Shown here: positions 1 to 10,757 of the stretch, one piece after another
Layout: each line of letters starts with the position of its first letter
How positions within the stretch are numbered: the stretch's first letter is position 1
From: a virus
Taxonomy: Duplodnaviria; Caudoviricetes
IMG/VR virus record: IMGVR_UViG_3300033121_000332
Span: 1,191 to 65,190 of that record
Direction: 5' to 3' (one strand)
Length of the DNA: 64,000 nt
Program-made: the position numbers and the translations under genes
Notes under the pieces: model-generated
Seen by the model: the letters and a program-made list of their open reading frames with translations, nothing else
What the model was told of the DNA's origin: nothing
Databases searched by the model: none

Positions 1-615
1 AAAGACACCCGTGCTGACAGCGTGGATATAGCAATCCTCTATTGTCAGGAAATTGCCGCGAACCTCGATCCCGTTGCCTCTTGGCTTCGTCCTATCCGGG
101 TCAGTATTCGTTATCTCGACGCCTGATAGGGTTAAGTAGTCGCCTTCAAGGTACAGGCACCCGTACAGCGATTTGCCGCACGACAGGAACGCTCCCGGCT
201 TGCCTTTGATCGTGATTCTACCGCCGTCAATACCACTCAATTGAGCGCGAAAAGCGTTATATGGCCCCCAGGATGGCGGGATGTACTCGCCCGGCTGAAG
301 CTCGATAGTGTCACCCGGTTTTACACTTGAGCCTGATCCTATCAACTCTTGCAGGTTGGCGGGTGTTGCCTGCCAAGTCTTGCCGGTTATCACAGGCGGC
401 ACGATTGGCGGGGTTATGGGTGGAGTTATGGGTGGCGGCTGGACGGGCGGAGGGGTCTCAGTCTTACACGTTATCTTGATACTCCCATCAGCCTGAACCG
501 TTGCCACGGGTTTCCCCGCCCCGCAATTCACCGTTACGTCCTGAGCGTATCCCGTATAATGCAACACTGCCCAAGCCACCAATGCCCAAAAAAGACACCT
601 AAGTAAGTATTTCAT
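1..615 (-). CDS. Secreted right-handed beta-helix (pectin-lyase-like) protein, partial (runs off the left edge)
   Basis: Not in the ORF track; translated by hand from ATG 615 (ATGA overlap with the stop at 612): MKYLLRCLFWALVAWAVLHYTGYAQD signal peptide, Pro-rich linker, then VKPGDTIELQPGEY...ITIKG...LTLSGVEIT...GIEVRGNFLTIEDCYIH. Confidence 0.8.
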   Translation of the reverse strand, partial: MKYLLRCLFWALVAWAVLHYTGYAQDVTVNCGAGKPVATVQADGSIKITCKTETPPPVQPPPITPPITPPIVPPVITGKTWQATPANLQELIGSGSSVKPGDTIELQPGEYIPPSWGPYNAFRAQLSGIDGGRITIKGKPGAFLSCGKSLYGCLYLEGDYLTLSGVEITNTDPDRTKPRGNGIEVRGNFLTIEDCYIHAVSTGVF

Positions 616-1013
616 AATAGTACCCTGACGATTCTTTCTATCGTTTCTTCGATTTTATGTGCAACCAGTTTCAACGCCCGTTCCCGATCCAACCGCTTTC
701 TCCCATCCCAACACTGGCTAAATGTAAGTTCGATCCCCGCCATGTGTAAGTGTAAGAGTTCGTGGACAACAAACTGTTCAGCATCTTGTCGAGTCAACTC
801 TTCGCTAAAGACAATCCTTGCACGAAGATATTCAGGCAAGGGGAAGGTGATGGCGTGGATCAAATCATCCTCGTCTGTCCCCTGCAATTCATCGTGAGAT
901 AGTATTTCAACATCCACGGCCCACTCTTCCAGCCTCAACCAGACATACCACCGCTTCACCATAATCTGTAGCCATCGGGGAACGTCATTGGCAAAGACAA
1001 GTTGAGGCTTCAT
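612..1013 (-). CDS. Putative zinc metallopeptidase
   Basis: HELLH (HExxH) motif; tightly packed in the operon. Confidence 0.65.
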   Translation of the reverse strand: MKPQLVFANDVPRWLQIMVKRWYVWLRLEEWAVDVEILSHDELQGTDEDDLIHAITFPLPEYLRARIVFSEELTRQDAEQFVVHELLHLHMAGIELTFSQCWDGRKRLDRERALKLVAHKIEETIERIVRVLL

Positions 1014-1016
1014 TGG

Positions 1017-2057
1017 CTATACCGAATAATCCTTTCCATGTACGATGGTTGTCCCGTTTACGATCAGATATTGCTGCACCTGGAACCCGTGACCAGACGC
1101 CAGATTCTCGACGATGCTGAAACCTGTCTGCCAGTTAGGATTTACAATATACTTTGCCTCTCTGGTATCGCTCAGATGGCCATTAGCAAACCCACCTCGG
1201 AGTGTCCCATCATATTGTGTCTCGTAGTATTTGTCGAACCTGTGATAATGGCCGAACATACTGGAAGTCTTGAGTCGCTTAAATACCGTTACAGCCGGGT
1301 ACAATGCTCTGTCACTCATCCCCTTCACATCCCCGTGAAGGTAGTTAAGCCGGCCAACGTGAAAATGTGTCTGCGATGGGTAGAATTTCCAGTTTTCGGG
1401 TAATCCAATCGCTTTCGGCAATTCCAACGCTCGCATCTTATACAAGCCGGGGTTGCGCCCGATCACCCTTTGTAGCCTCTGCTCATGGTTTCCTTCCATG
1501 AACACAACATTGGGAGTAATTGACGCTATCGATTTCAGGAAAAACTGTCCCTCATCGAACTCGTCTTGAAGGGACTTTCGCCTGCCGGGGTCACGGTCAA
1601 AATCCGAGACTTCGTAAAAGTCAAAGATGTCACCACCCAAGATAATACAGTCAGGTTTGAGATCCGCGACCGCATCCAGTGTGACCCTAACAGCCACCTT
1701 GTCCTCGTAGGGGATATGAACGTCTGAAATGAACGCAATCCTTCGGTAGATCGTATCGCTATAGACTACTGGAGAAGATGCTTGAACCGTGGGGATCGCC
1801 GGAGTGATCATCTCCACAAAGGCGGGTGGAAGTTTCGACTGGTTTTTCTGAAGAAACTCCATCAACGCAGCCTGCCAGTCAGGAGTTTCAGGCTGCGGGT
1901 CATCTGTCTGGATGCCTTCTTTTACCTGTTTATCGTATTGCAGGCAAACGTTGGTAACGACCCCTCGATCAACTCCAAGACGGCGTGAGATATCCGTCTT
2001 CTTCCAACCCTGCTGATATAGGTGAAGTATTTCAGCGTCTCGTTTTTGTTTGTCCAT
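1017..2057 (-). CDS. Calcineurin-like metallophosphoesterase with N-terminal HTH
   Basis: Motifs SDVHIPY, GGDIFD, EGNHEQR, HGD and GHYH; N-terminal HTH-like segment (LYQQGWKKTDISRRLGVDRGVV). Confidence 0.85.
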   Translation of the reverse strand: MDKQKRDAEILHLYQQGWKKTDISRRLGVDRGVVTNVCLQYDKQVKEGIQTDDPQPETPDWQAALMEFLQKNQSKLPPAFVEMITPAIPTVQASSPVVYSDTIYRRIAFISDVHIPYEDKVAVRVTLDAVADLKPDCIILGGDIFDFYEVSDFDRDPGRRKSLQDEFDEGQFFLKSIASITPNVVFMEGNHEQRLQRVIGRNPGLYKMRALELPKAIGLPENWKFYPSQTHFHVGRLNYLHGDVKGMSDRALYPAVTVFKRLKTSSMFGHYHRFDKYYETQYDGTLRGGFANGHLSDTREAKYIVNPNWQTGFSIVENLASGHGFQVQQYLIVNGTTIVHGKDYSV

Positions 2058-2064
2058 TCAAATC

Positions 2065-5000
2065 TCATTTTACGGTGTTTACAAACTCACGGGGCGTCTT
2101 TTCTCGCAATCGTTTTTGGGCAGCGGTTACACTTGTCATTATTGTGGATGGGGCGAGTTTGTTCAAATCGGGGGACTCTCCCTTAGTGTATGCTTTCCTT
2201 GACTCAGCCGTAATACGTGAGCGGAGTTCCTTCAAGGTTTCGACTTTCATTTCATTGGACATTGCCTTGTATTCCGGCGAATTGATGAGTCTTTCGCCAT
2301 ACGTGGTTGTCCATTCATCTACGGTCAGTGTGCGATTCTTGTACACATCATTAGGCTCTTTAGGCATACGGGTAATCTGAGATGCTGGCAACCCCACGTC
2401 GTCCATTTCCTGTGCTACACGCGAATCTCTCCCTATATATCCGGGTCTCTGACCGTAAGTACGTGCGCCAATTCCTACAAATTCAGGAATGGCAGTTTTG
2501 GCCACGCCCTTCATTCCTTCCATTTGATATGACTCATAAGCACCAGTTACACCCAATGGTGGAACCAACCGATAGCCTGCAAAATTCGGATCAGTCGGAT
2601 TAACCGTTGACCTTAAAGTGACCGAGCGTTTTTCAAAGTCTTTGCCTAAAACGATATCTGTTGCATATCCGTAAAGGGGGCCAAGCCTGCCACGTAAAAA
2701 CTGTGTCGTATCGTAAACAGTTTTACTCCACACGGCTTGACGCTTCGCCTTAGATTCATCCGTATTCTCATAGGCTTCATTGGCGATGGCATGGCCAAGT
2801 CGCCCATATTGAAGCAGTATCTTGACCACAGGAAGCATCCCTCCCGTCATGTCGTAACGAGTCTTGCCGATCACCACTTTCCCAAAATCGGAATCGTTAG
2901 GATTCAACACCACTTTAAATGCCCCGGTGGTCGCTCCTAATGCGTACATTCCCATCCACGTAGACGCGACTCCCATTGCCTGCCGAAACATCTGCTTGGC
3001 TACCACAGGATCTTTCGCGTACATTTTAGGTATCCAAAGGGGATCGGCCATTTTGAACCTGGATATATTCAGCCGAGGCGAAGCCATTATCCCATTTAAC
3101 GCGGTCGCCACTTGCTGCAATTTACCTTCCCCTAAATTGGTTCGACCAGTAAGAGTGTTGATGACCTCAGCCGCCCGTTTATAACTATCTGCCTTTTGCA
3201 CTTCCGTCAACCCGGACTGCTTGTCAATTGCCGATGTCATCTTCCCGAATTCCTGAAGACGCATATAGTCTACCAAAGCATTATTTCCCGCTTCCAGCCT
3301 CTTAATCCACGGGACTTTCATCGCCGGATTGTCTTGATACACCTCTTCGTGTTTGCCGAAAAGGGTCAACTCTAATCCCGACTTTTGAGCATCATCGTAT
3401 CGAGGATGAGATTCCAGTACAGCATGAATCTCGTTGGCTCGATTTTGGGATTTACTTGCTCCCGCCGCGTATTTAAACGCCTTAGCAGTATCCACTACGT
3501 TGAAAATATTGGTGGTCAGGGGGCCAGCCTGCTTAAATCCAAGTGACCAGTCTGTTCCATATCTCAGGGTTTGGATTGTACGCCCCGATGTCTTGATCCC
3601 TTCCCATATCTTCGCCGCTCGACTGTCATTGAGAGAGGCATTCTTGAGTGCCTTGCGAGCATTAGTAATAAGCTGATCATCTCCAAGTTTTCCCGCAAGC
3701 ATTAGATCCTGTGCCGCCCCGACAATGCGCTCTTTCTGCTCATCTGTCATCTGTTTACGCCGGAACTTTGCCGCCGCTTCAGCCAAAGCTGCGCGAGCCT
3801 CGGCGTTGGCTTTATTGGCCGGCCCCGACTTATCGCTATGCCAGATGTCCTTATCTAACTGATCCTGAAAGTACTCTTCGGCTGTTTGTGGTTCAGTGGA
3901 TGCTTTTTTAGATGGCGTCTTGGCTTCTACAGGTTCCACTTTCGGTGGAGCAGGCTTGGCCGCTTCCACTTTAGGCACAGTTACATTCGGATTAGCCTTT
4001 GCTCCAATGATTTCTCTGATTTTGGCATCAGCTTTCGCCGCCGCATCTGGCACGGATTCGGCACTGAGTACCACGCGCTTTGCCGTGTTCTCAATCAGCG
4101 TCTTCTCTTCGGGGGTAAACTTCCCTTTATCGGCCAATTCCCGAACAGCTTTCACGTAATCATCACCCTTGTCGTAATGCGGTAAGTCAGACGGAGATGC
4201 CTTTGCCCGTTTGGATTGAGCCTTTTCAAAGAGAGATTGGAGTGATCCGAATCCACCGCCCATAATCGTGCCGCCAGAGGAAGGTTCCTTGTCTGACCCG
4301 AAGGTAAGTTTTACCCCACCCTTCTTGGCTAATTCCGCCTTCTTCGCCTTTAACTCTTTGAGAAGCGACGGGCCACTGGTATCTACGTCTTCAGACTTTG
4401 CCAGTGTCTTGCGCGGCTTGGCCGGCTTGACACCTGGTACGATTGCGGGGGATTCGGTGGGAGGCGTGGTCGCATCTACCTTACGCACGGTCACTTGAGG
4501 CGTATAGTATTCGCCGTCCGTACCTTTCAGGTAAGGTTCCCCACTTGGATCAAGTGGTTGCCCCTTGGCATTGCGTCGGGCCGTGGCTTCAATATTAGGC
4601 TTCCTCCCCGCTCGCATTAAGTCGAATTCTTCGTTATCTGCCGCGAGTTTAAATATTTCCTTGTCTGTATACCCCTGTTCACGGAGTCTTTTGACATTGG
4701 TGTAATTGGATTTCGGTTCCTGACCCTCACGTATCGCATCGGCCAATGGTTTCTTGACTGCGCCTTTGGCAGATTTAACTTGAGTAGGCTTTTCCCCCGC
4801 TATAGGCTTAGTCTCTTCGCTCACCGCAGGAGGCGGAGTTTCGGCGGGGGAAGGTTTGGTGACTTCCGGCTCGGAAGGCGGAGCCTGCTTGGTCGCTTCC
4901 GACTTCTTCTGCTTCGGCACACGCGCAGCCTTCGCCTTCGCTATACTCTGCTGCATCTCCGTGAGCGCGGGGGGTTCGGAGATAACTTCAATTGATGATG

Positions 5001-8000
5001 GCTTATACGCAGCATGTTTCTTGCCTAATATACCCTCTTTATCACGTAAAAGAGGCTGACCAGTACCCGACTCTCTAAAAGATTTTGCTTGTAAATCATC
5101 GTAGAGCCGAGTATCTTGCTCAATCTTCAATTTCCCTTCGTTATTCTTAACAGCTTTAAGTATCTGTTCATCGCTAAATGATTCTCTAAGTTTCCGCATC
5201 CCTTCACTTGAAAGAATGCGTGTTTGGGGATCAACTAATTCACGAAGGCTTGTTTCTACATCCCGATCATATACTGGCGGCTTATCAAGTGCCGCAATTT
5301 CATCCGTTAAATCTTGGATACGCTTTTCATAAAAGCTACGAGTGGGACTACCTTCTGGTTGATTAGTGGCTGCCAGTCTCTCCTGTTGATCGCGTAGATT
5401 GTCTTGTAAGTATTGTCGCAACTCAGGATCACTTCGATATTCGGTTCTTTTTGACTTATAATCAGCCAACATAGAATTTACTTCAGAAGTTATTCCCGCA
5501 TCACTAGCCTGCTTTTGTATAGATTCAATTTGCTTAGGCGTTAAATCAGCCGAGGCTTCTTTTAATACTTTAAAATCATCGGAACGGCGCAGATTAGATT
5601 CCGCAATAGCACGGGTGTCGGATTGACTTTGCTTCACCCCTGATTCTACGGCGGCCTCACCAAATTTCATGGCGTAAGCCTTTCGCAAAACTTTAGACGA
5701 TTCTTCAACTGAATATGACTGCCCCTTACGCTCAGATGTCCCGCCTTTTTTATAAAGTGAATGTCCCGGTACCTCATAACGAAATTCCGTAGACTTCGCT
5801 TCATCCAGCAAAGACTGTCTTTCAGCAGGGCGCAACCCTAAATCTTTCAACTGACTATCCAAATTGCTCCGCGACATACTCTGCTTTGGCAGATTTAACG
5901 GCGTCACTCTTTCCGGTTTAGCGACAGATGCAGTCTTAGTTTCCGAAGGCGCGACTTCCACCACAGGTTTCTCAGCCATCGGTTTCTCAGCCACTACTGC
6001 TTTCTTTGCCGCTCGTTTCCCCTTAGCTTCTGCCGCTTTCTCTGTCACCGTAGGCGCAACCTTCTTTGCCCCGCGAACAGGTGCTTCCATTACGGGAGCC
6101 GGTGGTTTGCCCAAAATAGACTCAATCGCCTCTTTCTGCGTGGAGAAGGTTTCTGTCCCTTCGCCACTCGGACGCTTGATTTGCCACACGCTATGATCGG
6201 GGTCATATTCCAGCGACCGACCATCCTGCGCCTTATAAAGCTGGCTGTCTACCTTTTCAAATCCAGCCTCTCTTAGCGTGGCTTCATTGTATTTCGGCTT
6301 GCCTGGTAGTGGTGGGGGTGATGCCTTTTTCGTGGTAGTGGTCGGCGCAGTTTTCGCCACAGGTTCAACCGGAGCCGCCTCAGCCATAGTTTCCGGTGCA
6401 GACTTGACTGCCGGAGTAACTTGGTCTCGCGTCTTGCGTTTTGAACGATCTTTGGGTTCCAAGGATACTGAAGATGGCTTGCTTATGTTAGTTATACCTA
6501 ACGTCTCATAGACATATCGTAGTAAGTCTTGCTCGCTTTTACTTTTAGCAAAAGCGGCGTTGTACTCAACAGGCATCCCACCACCTTCGCTGTAATCTAC
6601 GATAGTCACACTGCCATCGTCCCACCGTTGCAGGTGAACGGGGATATCGCCTCGATCTTCCGTTTGTATTGTGTAGCTGGATCTTGATGCTGGCCGTGGT
6701 GCGACTGGAGCCATGTCTTTGGGATTTGCTTTTGCCGTCACGGATTCAGGCTCAGTTGTCCGAGGGAGAGTCACCGCCTTTGCTTTGCGTGTTTTAGGCG
6801 CAAGGGTAGACGCTATCGGGGATTCCGGCGCAACCGGGGCCACCGGAGCAACATTCTCTGGTACAAGTTTCGATGGTTCTACAAACCTATCGTTCGCAGA
6901 AGGTTTCGGCTTGCGAGTTCGCGGAACTTTTGTGCCAGCAGGAGCAGGCTTTGTTGCCGCTTCGCCCATTGCAGGAACTTCTGGTACAACTTCCGGTGCT
7001 GGTCGCATCGGGGTTTCAGGTTGTTCTGGTTGGACGGTACGAGCCGCAGGGGTTTCCTCAACATCTGTAGTTCCTCTCTTAAATGGTATCGGTTCACCTT
7101 CAGACGGACGGGTTGCTTGACGTGTCGCCATCGGGGTTTGTGGTGTTTCATTTGGTGGAAGCGCATCTCCACCCGTCTTTCCACGCGCCAGTTCAATCGA
7201 CTTATTCATTCGGGCAATTAGACCCGGAGAAAATCCTTTACTTCGCGCCCATCCTAGCCAGACATTAGGCGGGACTTGCGCCAAGGAGACATCAGGCGGC
7301 AATCCCATTCTCTTAGCTACATCTTCTCTTACCGCATCCCGTACTGCTTCCTGATTCGCTTCTGGTGGTAAATCCAGAGCCGCTTTGACTTCGGGATCGC
7401 CAATAACAGCGTTCGCCCCTTTCTGCCAAATCTCACCAGATTCAGTCGGGGGAATATCTACCGCATTTGAATGTAATCTGGTAACATCCCCAGGTGTCTT
7501 CTGGTACGGTGAACGACCAAGAGCATACGCGACATCCCCATATTGACCGAATTTAGGATTCTTTGCCGTCCCTCTCTTCGGCCCCCGAAAATCCCCTTCC
7601 TTCAATGTCCCTTCAGCCACACGTTGAGCCTGCTCACCAATAACACGCTCCCCTTCTGCCTTCATGTTCCGTGCAACAGCTGGTCGTTCAGCAAACATCA
7701 GCGTATCATCTAGCGTGGTCGGTGTAGCATTTTCGGCTGATCTATTATCTGCAATTATTCGGGATGGCCCCACCGGACGCTGTATTGTGTCACCGGGGCG
7801 GCGTGGCACGATTCCCCCACGGGTTCCTTCAGTAGCCTGCGGAATTCTCGCTTCTCCCGGTCGGGGTGGCATCGGCTTTGTCGCGGGTTGTGCCGGCGCG
7901 GTTGGCGGGACTTCCGGTGGAACGGTTGGTGGGATTGGAGACTCTGCCTGTGTAGCCGGAGGCGGAGTCTCAGGTAATGGTACTAATCCTTCCCCAACGT

Positions 8001-9390
8001 CCATTATCGCTTTAGACACGTCTACCGGATGCGGTTCTGGCCGCGCACGCATTGTCTTTGCCTGTGGATGAACATACGTGCCAAAACCTAACGCTCCGCC
8101 AATGACCGCCTGTTTACCCAATTCGTTAAGATTCAACTCGCGGTCGTAATACAACTGTTCAGCCGCAGCCGGAGCGACGTTTCCTAATGCTCCACCTACC
8201 GTTTCAACCGCTCTGCCGCCTAATGAATTGGCAACCAAATTGGGCGCAACACGACCCGCAACACTCGATAACGCCTTGCCACCGGCAATGGGTAGGACAG
8301 ATCCTAAAGCTGTTCTGACCGCCGCACGTTTTGGATCATTCTGCCAATCCTGATCAATCGCCGCCAATCCTGCGGCTGTAGCCATTGCGGGAATCGTACC
8401 TGCGGCTCCACCGAGCATATACGCCGGAGCTTCCGTTGCGCCTTGGACGATGCCGCGATAGATAGGTGCAGCATTCGGATAAGCCTCATCTTGTCGGGCC
8501 TCTTGTTGTCCCAAAGCGTTCTGTGCTTGAGGTGACAACATAGATTGTCCCTGTGTAGGGACATACTTCCGCATCCCTACTAAGTGGGATACCCCTCTAT
8601 TAAGATGCTCTGCACCGCGCAGGAACGCAGTCGTTGTCATTTCGGCCAATTGACCGACTGGTGATCGTTGCTCAAATGGATTTGGTTTTGGCTGTTTAGC
8701 TTGAATCTCAGGACGAATTTGCTGTGCAATTTGCTGTGATTGTGCGGTCAGTTTCTCGGAGGAAGGCGCGGCGTTCCCCGTGAAAGACAGGGGAGATATC
8801 TGTGTCGGCTGAACTATCGGCCCACGCGCTGTTGTCACAGGTTTTGGCCGCGCCTTCATCGGTGCAGGCTTGGGTGCAGGAGCGACCATGGGCGCAGCCG
8901 GATTCTGCGGATTCACTACCGATGGAGACTGCTTGTCCATCTCCTGTATCCGCCGTGCAAGATTGTTGACGTGTCGCAACGGCGTACTGACACCATCTAT
9001 CGATGAATCGCTGAAATTCCCCTGCTCGTCAACCGCATTATCTCCACCGTAATACTTAGCAACCGCTCCCCACCATCTACCACTATCACTCTTAATCTGT
9101 GGAGTCGTGTCATAGAGTTTTCGAAGATGCTTTGCCGCTGCTTCCGCCTGCTGATAAGGATCGTTTCTGTCTAATCCATAACTCTTTGCCGTGGATTCCG
9201 TGACCTGGTACTTCCCGCGTACCCCTGTAGGGGATACCGCACTACGATCCCCGCCGCTTTCCTGTGCCGCCATTCCGCGCCACAACTTTTGCGGAATATT
9301 GTATTTTTGACGAACCTGTTCCTCCCACTCATCGATGGAAGGTTTTGCCTTGGGTTGTGGCGTCTGTGGCATTAACGGATCTTGCGGCAT
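2065..9390 (-). CDS. Large internal virion (DNA ejection) protein with N-terminal lytic transglycosylase (SLT) domain
   Basis: AQESGG...GKYQVTESTA...A KYYGG SLT motifs; 2441 aa with Pro/Ala/Lys-rich linkers; position at the end of a podovirus-type virion operon. Confidence 0.8.
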   Translation of the reverse strand: MPQDPLMPQTPQPKAKPSIDEWEEQVRQKYNIPQKLWRGMAAQESGGDRSAVSPTGVRGKYQVTESTAKSYGLDRNDPYQQAEAAAKHLRKLYDTTPQIKSDSGRWWGAVAKYYGGDNAVDEQGNFSDSSIDGVSTPLRHVNNLARRIQEMDKQSPSVVNPQNPAAPMVAPAPKPAPMKARPKPVTTARGPIVQPTQISPLSFTGNAAPSSEKLTAQSQQIAQQIRPEIQAKQPKPNPFEQRSPVGQLAEMTTTAFLRGAEHLNRGVSHLVGMRKYVPTQGQSMLSPQAQNALGQQEARQDEAYPNAAPIYRGIVQGATEAPAYMLGGAAGTIPAMATAAGLAAIDQDWQNDPKRAAVRTALGSVLPIAGGKALSSVAGRVAPNLVANSLGGRAVETVGGALGNVAPAAAEQLYYDRELNLNELGKQAVIGGALGFGTYVHPQAKTMRARPEPHPVDVSKAIMDVGEGLVPLPETPPPATQAESPIPPTVPPEVPPTAPAQPATKPMPPRPGEARIPQATEGTRGGIVPRRPGDTIQRPVGPSRIIADNRSAENATPTTLDDTLMFAERPAVARNMKAEGERVIGEQAQRVAEGTLKEGDFRGPKRGTAKNPKFGQYGDVAYALGRSPYQKTPGDVTRLHSNAVDIPPTESGEIWQKGANAVIGDPEVKAALDLPPEANQEAVRDAVREDVAKRMGLPPDVSLAQVPPNVWLGWARSKGFSPGLIARMNKSIELARGKTGGDALPPNETPQTPMATRQATRPSEGEPIPFKRGTTDVEETPAARTVQPEQPETPMRPAPEVVPEVPAMGEAATKPAPAGTKVPRTRKPKPSANDRFVEPSKLVPENVAPVAPVAPESPIASTLAPKTRKAKAVTLPRTTEPESVTAKANPKDMAPVAPRPASRSSYTIQTEDRGDIPVHLQRWDDGSVTIVDYSEGGGMPVEYNAAFAKSKSEQDLLRYVYETLGITNISKPSSVSLEPKDRSKRKTRDQVTPAVKSAPETMAEAAPVEPVAKTAPTTTTKKASPPPLPGKPKYNEATLREAGFEKVDSQLYKAQDGRSLEYDPDHSVWQIKRPSGEGTETFSTQKEAIESILGKPPAPVMEAPVRGAKKVAPTVTEKAAEAKGKRAAKKAVVAEKPMAEKPVVEVAPSETKTASVAKPERVTPLNLPKQSMSRSNLDSQLKDLGLRPAERQSLLDEAKSTEFRYEVPGHSLYKKGGTSERKGQSYSVEESSKVLRKAYAMKFGEAAVESGVKQSQSDTRAIAESNLRRSDDFKVLKEASADLTPKQIESIQKQASDAGITSEVNSMLADYKSKRTEYRSDPELRQYLQDNLRDQQERLAATNQPEGSPTRSFYEKRIQDLTDEIAALDKPPVYDRDVETSLRELVDPQTRILSSEGMRKLRESFSDEQILKAVKNNEGKLKIEQDTRLYDDLQAKSFRESGTGQPLLRDKEGILGKKHAAYKPSSIEVISEPPALTEMQQSIAKAKAARVPKQKKSEATKQAPPSEPEVTKPSPAETPPPAVSEETKPIAGEKPTQVKSAKGAVKKPLADAIREGQEPKSNYTNVKRLREQGYTDKEIFKLAADNEEFDLMRAGRKPNIEATARRNAKGQPLDPSGEPYLKGTDGEYYTPQVTVRKVDATTPPTESPAIVPGVKPAKPRKTLAKSEDVDTSGPSLLKELKAKKAELAKKGGVKLTFGSDKEPSSGGTIMGGGFGSLQSLFEKAQSKRAKASPSDLPHYDKGDDYVKAVRELADKGKFTPEEKTLIENTAKRVVLSAESVPDAAAKADAKIREIIGAKANPNVTVPKVEAAKPAPPKVEPVEAKTPSKKASTEPQTAEEYFQDQLDKDIWHSDKSGPANKANAEARAALAEAAAKFRRKQMTDEQKERIVGAAQDLMLAGKLGDDQLITNARKALKNASLNDSRAAKIWEGIKTSGRTIQTLRYGTDWSLGFKQAGPLTTNIFNVVDTAKAFKYAAGASKSQNRANEIHAVLESHPRYDDAQKSGLELTLFGKHEEVYQDNPAMKVPWIKRLEAGNNALVDYMRLQEFGKMTSAIDKQSGLTEVQKADSYKRAAEVINTLTGRTNLGEGKLQQVATALNGIMASPRLNISRFKMADPLWIPKMYAKDPVVAKQMFRQAMGVASTWMGMYALGATTGAFKVVLNPNDSDFGKVVIGKTRYDMTGGMLPVVKILLQYGRLGHAIANEAYENTDESKAKRQAVWSKTVYDTTQFLRGRLGPLYGYATDIVLGKDFEKRSVTLRSTVNPTDPNFAGYRLVPPLGVTGAYESYQMEGMKGVAKTAIPEFVGIGARTYGQRPGYIGRDSRVAQEMDDVGLPASQITRMPKEPNDVYKNRTLTVDEWTTTYGERLINSPEYKAMSNEMKVETLKELRSRITAESRKAYTKGESPDLNKLAPSTIMTSVTAAQKRLREKTPREFVNTVK

Positions 9391-9399
9391 CTTATCCCC

Positions 9400-10722
9400 T
9401 TAGAAAAGATTCGGTGCGTTGTTTGCGTTGGTAAAAGAAGGCGTGAATGGTTTCTTGGAGCCGCCTAGCCGTATTTCTCCGGCTTTTTGTCGCGCTCGCG
9501 CTTTTGTGTCGGCTAAAATACGCCGGTACTCGTCGTCTTGTATTTTTTGCCATCGTGCCTGCGCTTTTGCATAGCCGTCAGGATCATTAGACGGATTCTG
9601 AAAAGCAGCCTGTTCGGTAGGTGATAACTGTCCCCACAACGCATCTTTGCGCCCCTCAAGTGACGACTGCGCTATCTCTTCTGCTGTGCCTTCCATTGCT
9701 GATCGTTCGGCTTCTGCGTCTGCCCATCCTATCGGCTTCTCAGCTTCCAATGCTTTTGCCTCTTGCGGTTTTACCCATATGGGATTGCCAGTTTCCATGT
9801 CGTACGTTCCCCACCCACTTGCGCCGACCCTGCGCGGGGGAGCCTTTTTCGCTTTCTCTTCCTCAATGGCTATACGAGCATTATTGTAAGCCGCCTGAGC
9901 CTCGTTTTCCTTGATCTGTGAGCCAGTGAGATCCTGCTGCCGCCTCAGATTCTCCATTGCCAACCGCTGTCTCTCTGCCGCTGATTCCCGATCCATAGAC
10001 GCTTCATCACGCGGTTGCTGCAATCCCTCATATCTTCCTTCAGCTATCATCTTCGGAGCCACGCCTTGCGCCACTCCACCCGCAGCCATGCCACCAAGCA
10101 GGGAACCCAAAACATCATCACCGGGACGCCTATGAGCCACCCCTTGCGCTCCCCCTAATACTGTGTCCCTCAAGACACGCTTCCATCGGGGAATCTGCAT
10201 GTCCTTCTCAACGTAAGCCGCTCGTTTCGCTTCTATGGGATCAACATAACCAGACGGAGCCGCCGTCGCTGTTCCCCCCATCGGTTGACCAAGTGGCATC
10301 TGGAATCGGGGAGCCTGCCTGTCCATTGCTATTCCTTCCGTATTCGGTAGGCGCAGGTTCGGTTGTACCGGCAAATCCATGGGAGCCAACCGCTCTCTTA
10401 TGTCGGGGCCAGCAGATGCCGTCATAGGGACATTCACGGGAGATTTAAATGTTGGCGACATTCCACTCAACTCAGGCATCGATGCACTTGGATTGAATCC
10501 CGGAGTGGTAATCGGTGGCTTAAATCCACTCATCGCTGCCATTGCACCCCCGCCATCTCCCATGGCAGGATTCCCGCCGTGGCCGGCAAGCATATCAAAT
10601 GGCTTTTTGATACCTGCGCCAACAGTCTTTCCCGCGCCGCCTATGCTTTTACCCAAACCACTTAACCAATCCCACATATCGTCTCCTAAAGAAAAATCGG
10701 GTGAGAAGCTACGCGCCCCCAC
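9400..10722 (-). CDS. Probable internal virion/ejection protein
   Basis: Gly/Met/Pro-rich N-terminus, GGMAAGG amphipathic segment and coiled coil; adjacent to the SLT giant; start may be the internal Met at MWDWL. Confidence 0.6.
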   Translation of the reverse strand: MGARSFSPDFSLGDDMWDWLSGLGKSIGGAGKTVGAGIKKPFDMLAGHGGNPAMGDGGGAMAAMSGFKPPITTPGFNPSASMPELSGMSPTFKSPVNVPMTASAGPDIRERLAPMDLPVQPNLRLPNTEGIAMDRQAPRFQMPLGQPMGGTATAAPSGYVDPIEAKRAAYVEKDMQIPRWKRVLRDTVLGGAQGVAHRRPGDDVLGSLLGGMAAGGVAQGVAPKMIAEGRYEGLQQPRDEASMDRESAAERQRLAMENLRRQQDLTGSQIKENEAQAAYNNARIAIEEEKAKKAPPRRVGASGWGTYDMETGNPIWVKPQEAKALEAEKPIGWADAEAERSAMEGTAEEIAQSSLEGRKDALWGQLSPTEQAAFQNPSNDPDGYAKAQARWQKIQDDEYRRILADTKARARQKAGEIRLGGSKKPFTPSFTNANNAPNLF

Positions 10723-10757
10723 CCGTGTCCATCATCGTCTGACCCACCCAAAAGTGT

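Noticed and set aside
2382-9052. Many plus-strand ORFs opposite the ejection gene (and similar shadow ORFs elsewhere)
   Set aside because: Antisense to long, motif-bearing genes, lacking RBSs and recognisable motifs; treated as shadows.
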